From contig CP070750.1 of the NCBI GenBank assembly GCA_020348385.1, forward strand, positions 4,264,520 through 4,328,519: a stretch of DNA of 64,000 nucleotides. Reading direction: 5' to 3'. The position numbers and the translations under genes are program-made. The notes below the pieces were generated by a model that searched no databases, was not told the DNA's origin, and saw nothing but the letters and a program-made list of their open reading frames with translations. Position 1 is the first letter of the stretch, and each line of letters begins with the position of its first letter. Origin of the DNA: Candidatus Aminicenantes bacterium. GTDB taxonomy: Bacteria > Acidobacteriota > Aminicenantia > Aminicenantales > Aminicenantaceae. Shown here piece by piece: positions 27,323 to 36,618 of this stretch.

Positions 27323-28118
27323 TAATATAGATAATACCCCTGTAAAAAGGAAGAAATCTCGATCGAATTTTGTCTAATAAACAATATCTGGAATGAGTGA
27401 GGCCATATGACAAAAGAAAAAAACGGAAAAACTTGCTTATTGCTGGCATAATTTTTGTGATTGGATTCTACTTATTGGCCTCGACCGGTTGTAAGAACAC
27501 AACAAGTCCCGATGATTCAACATCCGGAATTATTATCCCGTTAAAAATGATTGCGGTGTTGCTGTGGATATCTTTCTGCACAAAAATTTCCAATTCACGA
27601 TTGAATATCCGGACAGCAATACCATCTATAACGTTGCCCAAGGATTGCTTGAGTTAGAAGCCAAAAAAAAGGGGATCGAAACTCGTCTTGCTTAATTAAA
27701 AATCGACGTATTCGAAGACATATTTTTCACATGGACAGTCGAAACTGCAGCCAGTTTCCATATAACAAACGATTATGGAGAAACTCTGAGTATTTATGCG
27801 GATGGTGAATTAGTAAGTGATATAAGAGCTCAGGGTACCCAGGGCATTGAAAATGTTCTTTTAGCGGAACACCCGTTCCATGCGACAATAAACGACGGCA
27901 CAGAATTGGCTTCCATCCTTATTGATTTTGCCGAGAATATACCGTATCTCTGGACAATCAGCCCGAGAAATTGCCTAAAGCTCGCCTGTCATGAATCGCT
28001 CTCCAAGGACAAAACAAGGAGAGGGAGGTAGTTAAAATTCCTTAGCTTTGACAGTACAACTTTCCTGTGTTAATTTAGACTGCAAGCATAATAACTCAAA
28101 CAACTAAGGGGAATCCCA

Positions 28119-28598
28119 ATGAGAAAAAAAATCCAATTTAACCTCAACGGGAAAATAGTGAATGTGGCTTCTTTCCCGGACCGGATGCTTTTGTGGGTTC
28201 TGCGTTCTGATCTTGAACTCACAGGGACAAAATACAGTTGCGGAAAAGGTTTCTGCGGAGCCTGCACCGTGCTGGTCAATAACGAGCTGGTCCTGTCTTG
28301 TCAATTTCCTCTCAAGGAAGCGGAGGGAAAAAAAGTCTTGACGATCGAAGGACTGAAAAAAAATGGGAAACTTCATCCTTTGCAGGCGGCATTTATACAG
28401 CATAACGCCCTCCAGTGCGGTCACTGCACGCCAGGAATGATCATGGGAGCTTACGCCTTGCTTTTAGAGAATCCTGAACCCTCTGCCAGGGATATCATCG
28501 ACGGGATGGAAGGCAACCTCTGCCGATGCGGAAGCTACAACCGGATCATTCAAGCTATCCAAACGGTGGCCCGAGCCATCAGAGGAGGGACATCATGA
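28119..28598 (+). CDS. (2Fe-2S)-binding small subunit of a molybdenum hydroxylase (IorA/CoxS-like)
   Basis: CGKGFCGACTV and CGHCTPG...CRCGSY motifs typical of xanthine dehydrogenase / aldehyde oxidase small subunits. Confidence 0.9.
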   Translation: MRKKIQFNLNGKIVNVASFPDRMLLWVLRSDLELTGTKYSCGKGFCGACTVLVNNELVLSCQFPLKEAEGKKVLTIEGLKKNGKLHPLQAAFIQHNALQCGHCTPGMIMGAYALLLENPEPSARDIIDGMEGNLCRCGSYNRIIQAIQTVARAIRGGTS

Positions 28599-30712
28599 GA
28601 GATGACGCATACAGTTTCACACTCGACCGGCGTGAATTCCTCAAGCTTGTGGGTGGTGGGATCGTCGTTTTTTTCACGACAGGTGATCCGTCAGCCCTTC
28701 AACAAAGACGGGGCCGCGGGTATCCAGAGGATTTTAATGCCTATCTCCGGATCGGAGAGGATGGCCGTGTTTCGTGTTTCACGGGCAAAATCGAGATGGG
28801 ACAGGGCGTTCACACATCTTTAGCTCAGATGCTGGCAGAGGAGTTGGATGTTCCCTTGGAATTGGTTGACATGGTCATGGGAGATACAGATCTCTGCATG
28901 TATGACAGCGGAACATTCGGATCCCGAAGCACAAAGTATTTCGGCCCCCCTTTGCGACAGGCCGCAGCCGAAGCACGGGCCATCCTAATCCAACTGGCCT
29001 CTGAAAAACTTGGTGTGCCGAAGGGAAAACTGAGAGTAAAGGATGGGACCATCTTTGTTCCTGATGGATCGGCAAAAAAGGTGTCCTACGCCGAACTGGC
29101 GAACGGGAAAAGGATCGAACAACATTTAGGGAAAAAGCCCCCCATCAAACATTATTCCAAGCACACCATATCGGGGAAACCAACAGATCGTATGGACAGC
29201 AGGCTCAAAGTGACCGGAGAAGCAAAATTTGCAGGTGACATCCTTCCTGCGGGGACGCTTCACGCCAAAATACTGAGACCTCCGGCTCATGGTGCGACAC
29301 TCAAAAGCGCAGACACTTCTGAAGCTAAAAAAATCCCAGATATCCAGGTTATTCAGGATAAGGATGTGATCGCTGTGTTGCATAAACACCCTGATGTAGC
29401 CGAAACAGCATTGGGGTTGATAAAAGCCAAATTCGAGCCTTCTGGATCCAAATTGGATAATACAACCATATTCCAACATCTCAAGGACTCCGCCCCAGAA
29501 GGAAATGTCGTGACCGAAGAAGGAAACATACAGGAGGGGAAGCGCTTTTCTACAAAAACATTCGAAAAGGCTTATTACAACCATTATGTCGCTCATGCCC
29601 CCTCCGAACCCCATACAGCTGTGGTCAATATCCAAGGAGACCAAGCAACGGTTTGGGCTTCCACCCAATCCCCTTTTCGGGCTCAAAGAGAAGTCGCGCA
29701 GGTCTTGGGTTTCCCCCAGGAAAAAGTGCGGGTGATCACGCCTTTTGTGGGGTGCGGATTTGGTGGAAAAAACCAGGGGAATCAGATTACAGAAGCTGCC
29801 CGATTGGCCAAACTAACCGGAAAACCGGTCCAGGTTGCCTGGACTAGAAAAGAGGAATTCCTTTACGATACATTCCGGCCCGCCGCTGTTATCGACATCC
29901 AATCGGGCCTAAACAACGCGAATCAAATCGTCTTTTGGGAATATCACAATTATTTCGCTGGCGATAGAAGTTCTCAGCCTTTTTACAAGATCCCTCACTA
30001 CAAAGTCCTTTCCATGGGGGGCTGGGGCGGCAGGAGTGGAGGGAGAAGCGTCCATCCTTTTGGCGTCGGTGCATGGCGTGGGCCCGGGAGCAACACCAAC
30101 GTGTTCGCCATCGAATCCCACATCGATATTATGGCTGAAGGGGCGGGGATGGATCCCTTGGAGTTCCGATTGCACAATCTAACGGATGAAAGAATGAAAC
30201 GGGTTTTACGGGTAGCTGCAGATAAGTTTGGGCAATCATTTTCAAAGGCGCCCAGCGGGAATGGATATGGGCTCGCCTGCACGGATTATCTCGGCACCTA
30301 TCTGGCCACTATGGCCGAAGTCAACGTGAATCAGAAAAGTGGAGAAGTCCGGGTTGAACGTGTGGTTTGTGCCCAAGACACAGGGGAAGTTATCAATCCG
30401 GAAGGTGTAAGAATGCAGATCGAAGGGTGTATCACAATGGGTCTCGGCTATTGTCTCACAGAAGAAATCCGGTTTTCAAACGGCAGGATTTTGGATGAAA
30501 ATTTCGATACCTATGAGATTCCCCGCTTTTCCTGGACCCCTAAGATAGAAACAGTGCTCGTCGACAATCCCGAGATGCCACCCCAGGGGTGTGGAGAACC
30601 GGCAATAACATCAATGGGGGCGGTTATCGCTAACGCGGTCTACGATGCCATCGGCAATAGAATGTTCACGCTCCCGATGACACCGGCTCGTATCAAAAAA
30701 ACTCTGAGCTAA
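28595..30712 (+). CDS. Molybdopterin-dependent hydroxylase large subunit (isoquinoline 1-oxidoreductase beta / aldehyde dehydrogenase-like) with Tat signal
   Basis: AGAGGAGGG RBS, ATG at 28595 overlapping the upstream stop (ATGA). Tat motif RREFLKLVGGGIVVFF. Aldehyde-oxidase/xanthine-dehydrogenase MoCo-binding domain-like sequence. No FAD-subunit gene is present in the window. Confidence 0.85.
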   Translation: MRDDAYSFTLDRREFLKLVGGGIVVFFTTGDPSALQQRRGRGYPEDFNAYLRIGEDGRVSCFTGKIEMGQGVHTSLAQMLAEELDVPLELVDMVMGDTDLCMYDSGTFGSRSTKYFGPPLRQAAAEARAILIQLASEKLGVPKGKLRVKDGTIFVPDGSAKKVSYAELANGKRIEQHLGKKPPIKHYSKHTISGKPTDRMDSRLKVTGEAKFAGDILPAGTLHAKILRPPAHGATLKSADTSEAKKIPDIQVIQDKDVIAVLHKHPDVAETALGLIKAKFEPSGSKLDNTTIFQHLKDSAPEGNVVTEEGNIQEGKRFSTKTFEKAYYNHYVAHAPSEPHTAVVNIQGDQATVWASTQSPFRAQREVAQVLGFPQEKVRVITPFVGCGFGGKNQGNQITEAARLAKLTGKPVQVAWTRKEEFLYDTFRPAAVIDIQSGLNNANQIVFWEYHNYFAGDRSSQPFYKIPHYKVLSMGGWGGRSGGRSVHPFGVGAWRGPGSNTNVFAIESHIDIMAEGAGMDPLEFRLHNLTDERMKRVLRVAADKFGQSFSKAPSGNGYGLACTDYLGTYLATMAEVNVNQKSGEVRVERVVCAQDTGEVINPEGVRMQIEGCITMGLGYCLTEEIRFSNGRILDENFDTYEIPRFSWTPKIETVLVDNPEMPPQGCGEPAITSMGAVIANAVYDAIGNRMFTLPMTPARIKKTLS

Positions 30713-33124
30713 CTACTCATATCTAAGAGAATCGACGGGATTCGTGCGTGCCGCCTTGAACGATTGGAGCCCAACTGTAAACAATGCAATAACAAAGGCA
30801 AACACTGCCGTTAAAATAAATGTGCTGATTCCGATTTTAACCGGATAGGGGAAATTCTGCAGCCATTTGTTCATCGTGAAGTAAGCCATAGGCCAGGCCA
30901 GCACATTCGCTATCCCTACTAATAAAATAAATTTCCGGCAAATTAAAATCACAATGGAACTTACCGAAGAGCCGAGCACCTTTCGGATACCAATTTCCTT
31001 GGTCCTTTTCTCGGTTGTGAATGAGGCGAGTCCAAATAAGCCGAGGGATCCAATGATAATAGCCAAAACAGAAAATGTCCGGAAAAGGCCGCCCAATTTT
31101 TCTTCGGCTTGATGCTGACCATCAAAGAATTCGTCGAGGAAAAAAGAATAATAGGGATGAGTGGGGAAGATGTTTTTCCACTTTTGTTCGATTTTTTTCA
31201 TGATCCCCGGGATGTCGTCTGTTTTCAGCCGTATTGTCAGCCTCCTCGCTCTGTTCTCGATAGGCCCTTCTGTGCCGATGTATTGGATTATCGTTGGAGC
31301 CACCTCAGAGTATAAAGATCTCTGGTGGATGTCCTTGAAAACTCCGATGACGGTTTTCCTGACTAGGGAATCATCCGCAGGAATCTCTATCGTTTTCCCT
31401 ATAGGATTATTCCAGCCAAGGTTTTTAGCAGCCATCTCATTGATCATCACAGCATCTGTAAAATCCGTCGTCATCTCTTTGGAAAATCCCCGCCCTCGGG
31501 TCACTTCGATCTCAAAGGTGTCAAGGAAGCCATAATCCACGAGAAAATTGTCCATCCTGATCATCTGATCGCGGGCATATCCTTCGGGGTAGGTCCCGAT
31601 GTTGAACAAATACATTTCTCCCGGCACCATGGATGAAAGCCCAGCACTTTCGATTCCGCTTATATTCAGCAAGTCCTGTTTGAAAGATTCCAATCCGTTT
31701 CTCACCTCATCATTCTGGACCGCGACAACCAGTAAATCCTGCTTGTTAAAACCGAGGTTTTTGTTTTGCATGTAATTGTGCTGATTAAACACGATTATCG
31801 TGCAGATGATCAGGACGATGGAGAGAGCAAATTGAAAGACGACTAGGATGGAACGAAACCAAGAGCTTTTCATACCTTCTGGGGCATGTCCTCTAAGAGA
31901 CGATATAGGTTTGAAGGCAGAAAGAAAAAACGCAGGATAGCTGCCGGCAACAAACCCAACAAATAACACGATCGCGGCCAGAACAGCATACACATACGAT
32001 ATTTCAAGAGTATTCAAGGAGATATCTTTCCCTGCTAGTCCGGAAAAATAGGGTAAAAAAAGTCGGGCCACAAGGATACCGAGGCCCAAAGACAATAGCG
32101 CATATACAAAAGATTCCCCGAGAAATTGAACGACGAGCTTTGTCCTATGGGCTCCAAGGACTTTGCGCATTCCCACTTCTTTAGCCCGGCCTGCTGAGCG
32201 GGCTGTCGCAAGGTTCATGAAGTTGATACATGCGATCAAAAGAATAATAACAGCAATAGCCCAAAAAGCATAAATCAATCGGATATCGCCATTATCCCCC
32301 AACTCATACTGAACATGGGAGTGCAGGTGAATGCTTTTTAAAGGTTGAAGATAGGTCTCCAGTTCGATTCCTCTTTCCTTCAGCGCAGGCCCTAGATATT
32401 TTTCATGGAATCCTCTCATCTTTTGCTCAAATTTCTTGAGATCGATGTTTTCCTGCAACAACAAATAAGTCTGGAAGCTTCCTCCATTCCAGGACCCGAT
32501 ACGGCGATCATATTTGATAAATGTCGCAAAAGATGCCAGAGCATTAAAGGTGAAGTGGGAATTGGGAGGAGGATCTTTCACAACTCCTGTAACTCGGTAG
32601 TCGAATTTATTATCCCAATTGATAATTTTTCCAACCGGGCTTTCGTCCCCGAAGTATTTTTGAGCTGTTTTTTCGGTAAAAACCATGGTAAACGGGATTT
32701 CCAGAGCTGCTTTAGGATCGCCTTCGACCATCTCAAACGAAAAGACGTCGAAAATGGATTGATCAACATAAAGCACACCCTCTTCGAAAAAAGTCTTGTC
32801 TTTATAGGCAAACACCCTTTTGACTGTTGGGCTAAATCTCACAGCATTTATAACTTCTGGCAGCTCTTCCACCATTGTGGGGCCTACAGGTGCTGGCGAA
32901 ATGGCACGTTCACTTGTCTGTCCCGATACGGTTCTTTTAGAAATGACCCGATAGATATTGCTGGCGTTCTTGTGATAGCCATCATAGGAAAGTTCATACC
33001 CGATGTAAGCAAAGATTAAAATGCAGCTGGCTATTCCGAGGGAGAGCCCAAAAATATTGATCAAGGAATAAAACTTGTGTTTGTGTAAGTTACGATATGC
33101 GATCTTCAAATAGTTTATAAACAT
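30713..33124 (-). CDS. ABC transporter permease, FtsX/MacB family (803 aa, stand-alone)
   Basis: MFINYLKIAYRNLHKHKFYSLINIFGLSLGIASCILI is the canonical FtsX-family N-terminus. Two 4-TM blocks. Ends immediately adjacent to the convergent gene at 30712. Confidence 0.8.
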   Translation of the reverse strand: MFINYLKIAYRNLHKHKFYSLINIFGLSLGIASCILIFAYIGYELSYDGYHKNASNIYRVISKRTVSGQTSERAISPAPVGPTMVEELPEVINAVRFSPTVKRVFAYKDKTFFEEGVLYVDQSIFDVFSFEMVEGDPKAALEIPFTMVFTEKTAQKYFGDESPVGKIINWDNKFDYRVTGVVKDPPPNSHFTFNALASFATFIKYDRRIGSWNGGSFQTYLLLQENIDLKKFEQKMRGFHEKYLGPALKERGIELETYLQPLKSIHLHSHVQYELGDNGDIRLIYAFWAIAVIILLIACINFMNLATARSAGRAKEVGMRKVLGAHRTKLVVQFLGESFVYALLSLGLGILVARLFLPYFSGLAGKDISLNTLEISYVYAVLAAIVLFVGFVAGSYPAFFLSAFKPISSLRGHAPEGMKSSWFRSILVVFQFALSIVLIICTIIVFNQHNYMQNKNLGFNKQDLLVVAVQNDEVRNGLESFKQDLLNISGIESAGLSSMVPGEMYLFNIGTYPEGYARDQMIRMDNFLVDYGFLDTFEIEVTRGRGFSKEMTTDFTDAVMINEMAAKNLGWNNPIGKTIEIPADDSLVRKTVIGVFKDIHQRSLYSEVAPTIIQYIGTEGPIENRARRLTIRLKTDDIPGIMKKIEQKWKNIFPTHPYYSFFLDEFFDGQHQAEEKLGGLFRTFSVLAIIIGSLGLFGLASFTTEKRTKEIGIRKVLGSSVSSIVILICRKFILLVGIANVLAWPMAYFTMNKWLQNFPYPVKIGISTFILTAVFAFVIALFTVGLQSFKAARTNPVDSLRYE

Positions 33125-33269
33125 TCCAAAACTTTTAGGTGTGTTATAAACCAGAAGCAGATTTTATGCAAAAAAACAGATTTAAAAAATTCAAGAAGAA
33201 CGGACTACTCATTTGACTTTCTCATCATGCGACATTAACATTAATCTGTCAGTAATGACGGGTAAAAAA

Positions 33270-34451
33270 ATGGAAAACGCAAGATTAAGAGCCCTGCTAT
33301 CATCCACACTGATATTGCTCCTCCTCGGTACAGCAGTTCCCCAACAAAAAAGGCCTATCGGCGAAATCCCTGAAGATATCAAGAATGAACTCACAGGATA
33401 CCTCAAGACGCACTGGATGACCCCAGAAGACTTTGTCCTGAACAAATTTAAAAAATACGATATCGTTCTCATCGGAGAACACCACTATATCAAACATAAT
33501 GTCGAGTTTATACAGGACTTAATCCCCCTCCTTTATGAGATCGGAGTCACACATCTTGGGATCGAATTTGGCTGCTACGAGCTTCAAGACCAAGTGGATT
33601 CACTGCTGATGGCGGATACATATGACGAAGACCTCGCACGCCGCATCATGTTCCAATGGGCAAGCTACTGGCCCTATATCGAATATTTAGACTTGTACAG
33701 GAAAGCATGGGAGCTGAATAAAATTCTTCCCAAAGACGCGACAAAATTTCGGATTATTGGCCTGGATTACAGGGCTCAATGGAATCTACTCAAGGAAAAC
33801 ATGCCATCAAGATATTGGAAATACATCCTGTTCAGGGGCCCGCGGAATGAGCATATGGCGGCAGTCATCAAAAATGAATTCATCAAGAAACATCGCAAGG
33901 CCCTTGTCTACACAGGACAACATCACGCATTCACCCGCTATCATGAACCGAACTACGATTTTAAGAGAAAAAAGCTGATCGGAGTGAACAAGAAAGGAAT
34001 GGGCAACATCATATACCGCAAGATTCCTGAAAGGGTTTTCAACATTTGTCTCCATTATCCCTGGGAAACGTCCGCATACAAGGGAATTCATGATTATCCG
34101 GTCGATGGGGCCGTCGACAGAGTCATGAAGGAGTTCGAAAAAAAGAAGGTGGGATTCGATGTCAAAGGATCGCCGTTCGGCAATCTAAGTGACCGCAATT
34201 CGGTTTACTCCTGTGGACGCAAGAATTTCACCTTCAGCGATTTCTGCGATGGGTACATATTCCAGAAACATTTTAGCCGATACGAAGGATGCACGGTGGA
34301 TCCTCTTTTCATTACCGAGGAAAATTTAAAGGAGGCAATTGCATACCTGCCGAGCGCATCAATCAAGAAAAAAATCAAAACACGTGCCCAATTCCTCCAT
34401 AAAATGGAATGGGATGCCAATTTTAGGAGATTATACCCCTACCTCGAGTAG
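33270..34451 (+). CDS. ChaN/Tiki-superfamily (haem-binding-uptake-like) secreted protein
   Basis: Signal peptide MENARLRALLSSTLILLLLGTAVP. DIVLIGEHHY motif characteristic of the ChaN family (GExH). Alternative starts at 33213 or 33255. Confidence 0.5.
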   Translation: MENARLRALLSSTLILLLLGTAVPQQKRPIGEIPEDIKNELTGYLKTHWMTPEDFVLNKFKKYDIVLIGEHHYIKHNVEFIQDLIPLLYEIGVTHLGIEFGCYELQDQVDSLLMADTYDEDLARRIMFQWASYWPYIEYLDLYRKAWELNKILPKDATKFRIIGLDYRAQWNLLKENMPSRYWKYILFRGPRNEHMAAVIKNEFIKKHRKALVYTGQHHAFTRYHEPNYDFKRKKLIGVNKKGMGNIIYRKIPERVFNICLHYPWETSAYKGIHDYPVDGAVDRVMKEFEKKKVGFDVKGSPFGNLSDRNSVYSCGRKNFTFSDFCDGYIFQKHFSRYEGCTVDPLFITEENLKEAIAYLPSASIKKKIKTRAQFLHKMEWDANFRRLYPYLE

Positions 34452-34602
34452 GACCTGACGATCAGCAGACACACAGGATTTGTCACCACTCACTTCGTTC
34501 TCCTATCCAAAAGGGACTCATGCATGGATAGACTTTTATGGCGACGAGATCCAGGTTGAATTAATAATTAGGCTGTTTTTCTTTGGCTTCTTGGGTAATC
34601 CC

Positions 34603-35250
34603 CTATTCAAAAACGAGGATGACTACCCGTCGATTCTGTGCCCTTCCCTCGCGGGTGGAGTTGTCACCCACAGGCGCATCACTTCCGTAGCTTATCACTT
34701 CCATCCTATGGAGAGGGATATTGTATTTTTTGTGCAGGTATTCCATCACAGCTTCCGCTCTTCTCTTTCCTAAAATCAAATTCCACTCTTCTTCCCCTGT
34801 GGTATCCGTGTGTCCTTGAATCTCTAAATACACGCCTTTATCCTGGGCGATCAGGACTTCGACAAACTTATCCAATGCGACTTTTGCTTCATCACTCAGA
34901 TCCCATTTGTCAAACTGGAATTTAGCTTCATCATTCTTGAGAACCTCTTCAAATATCAGCTTTCCCTCTGCCATTTTTTTCACTTCGCTCAGTTTGCCGT
35001 CGAATTCAGTCCTCTGCTTGCTCATTTCGGATTCTTGCTCTTTGATTAACGAACCCAAGGTGACCAACCGTTCATCATGCTCCTTGATCCTCTTCTGATT
35101 CTCCTCGACCGAAGTTTCCACACCTTCGACCTTTTGGTCCAGTGTGGCCACTTCACCCAACACAAATTTTTTGGTCGCGCAGCCTGTACTCGCAATCAGA
35201 CCGATGATAAGGATCGTTCCGACTAGAAAGGTTATTTTGTTTTTTTTCAT
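34603..35250 (-). CDS. OmpA-family lipoprotein with coiled-coil N-terminal region
   Basis: Lipobox LIASTGC. C-terminal OmpA-like domain LEIQGHTDTTGEEEWNLILGKRRAEAV...GRAQNRRVVI. Probable start is MKKNKITFLVG at 35250, preceded by GGAGG. Confidence 0.8.
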   Translation of the reverse strand: MKKNKITFLVGTILIIGLIASTGCATKKFVLGEVATLDQKVEGVETSVEENQKRIKEHDERLVTLGSLIKEQESEMSKQRTEFDGKLSEVKKMAEGKLIFEEVLKNDEAKFQFDKWDLSDEAKVALDKFVEVLIAQDKGVYLEIQGHTDTTGEEEWNLILGKRRAEAVMEYLHKKYNIPLHRMEVISYGSDAPVGDNSTREGRAQNRRVVILVFE

Positions 35251-35324
35251 AATTGCCTCCCTTGCTTTTTTTTCGTAAAAAGTATCATAACACATGATTT
35301 CTTTATTTTAAATAAAAAATATTA

Positions 35325-36323
35325 TCAGGAATCTTTCTTCTCTCCGCTGTAATATCCTTCTCTTGTCCGCACCATATAGCTCTTTTTTTTCGTGCTGACC
35401 TTTATTTTCCGGTACTCGTTGTTGGGATCTGTATAGGATGTGTATCCAAGAATGTACTGATGACTCAGTTCCTGTTTGATCAATCTCAAAGCGTTTTTCA
35501 AATCCAAAGTCTTATTGACAAAAAAGGCTTTTCCGCCAGTCGCTTCTGAAAATCTTTCCAGGGATTCAGCGATACCCGAAACGGTCAATCCCTTTGAACG
35601 TTTGTATTTTTTTAAAAACTGTTCATCCAGAGGGATTTTATATCCGATGGTGTATATCGGGATGTCCACCCTCCGCGCAACCTCGATAGCCTGTTCGGGG
35701 GAATATTCGCTATCATTTTCGATTCCGTCTGTGATCAAAAGAAGAGCCCGCTTTTCATTATTCCCCCTGTTTGCAAAATCCGGGGATACACCCACGGCAT
35801 CGTTCAAGGCTGTCTGACCGTATGCTTCTGTCCTTTCCAAAACAGACAAAAAATCTGTTTTGTCTCTGGAAAAACTTGAGGCAACCTCCACATCCCCATC
35901 AGCAAATATCAATAATGAAACTTCATCTCGGTCAGCAAGCAGGTGATTCATCAGATAATCGAGGGCCTCCTTGCTTTCGCTCAGCTTATCCTGAAGGGCC
36001 ATGCTGCCGCTCACATCGAGGAGGACGGTTAAACTCAGCGGCGCTTCAAAATTGTGGCTGAAATAGGTGATCTCTTTTCTTTTGTTATTCTCGTATACAG
36101 AAAAATCTTCCTCCGTGAGGTCGGTAATATGCCTCCCTTTCCTGTTTTGAACGCTCACTGAGATGGATATGGCAGTAACGGCCACGTCATAGGCTATTTC
36201 CTGTTTCTTTTTTTCCTGGGTACAGGACAAGGAAGAATTCCCATCCGATAAAATTGATAATATGAAGACAAGGAATAGGAACATTGACAGACTCTTTTTT
36301 TTGCCAAGGATGATTTTTGCCAT
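35325..36323 (-). CDS. von Willebrand factor type A (VWA) domain protein, secreted
   Basis: MIDAS-like LLDVSGSM ... TALNDAV ... LLLITDGIEN motifs. N-terminal hydrophobic leader. Confidence 0.75.
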   Translation of the reverse strand: MAKIILGKKKSLSMFLFLVFILSILSDGNSSLSCTQEKKKQEIAYDVAVTAISISVSVQNRKGRHITDLTEEDFSVYENNKRKEITYFSHNFEAPLSLTVLLDVSGSMALQDKLSESKEALDYLMNHLLADRDEVSLLIFADGDVEVASSFSRDKTDFLSVLERTEAYGQTALNDAVGVSPDFANRGNNEKRALLLITDGIENDSEYSPEQAIEVARRVDIPIYTIGYKIPLDEQFLKKYKRSKGLTVSGIAESLERFSEATGGKAFFVNKTLDLKNALRLIKQELSHQYILGYTSYTDPNNEYRKIKVSTKKKSYMVRTREGYYSGEKKDS

Positions 36324-36618
36324 CTTCGTTTCTATTATTCAGACCTGTTTCTAGTTTTGTCACACAACCCGCATTAAATCCGGAAACAATTTATCACCAT
36401 AGCACAATTGACCATTTCAGTCACGTCATGACTATCTCTTTGATGGCAAGTCGCGCAATTTTATTGGCATCTCATTCAATTTCAACCTTTTTTGGAAGCC
36501 ACGCAAGGAATTAATTGATTTTATCATCCATTTATATTATGTAATATCTTTCCATGTGTTCACTTCAAACCATCCAATCTTTTTTCTATAAAAACCTTAC
36601 CAATGGAGGGACTCTGTC

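Noticed and set aside
27397-27657. 86-aa ORF with a hydrophobic N-terminus (LLASTGC lipobox-like)
   Set aside because: It sits in the decayed AT-rich scar and has no RBS or conserved motif. It could be a small lipoprotein, but the evidence is insufficient, so I left it as part of the scar finding.
32405-33019. 204-aa ORF on the + strand
   Set aside because: Antisense within the FtsX permease gene 30713..33124.
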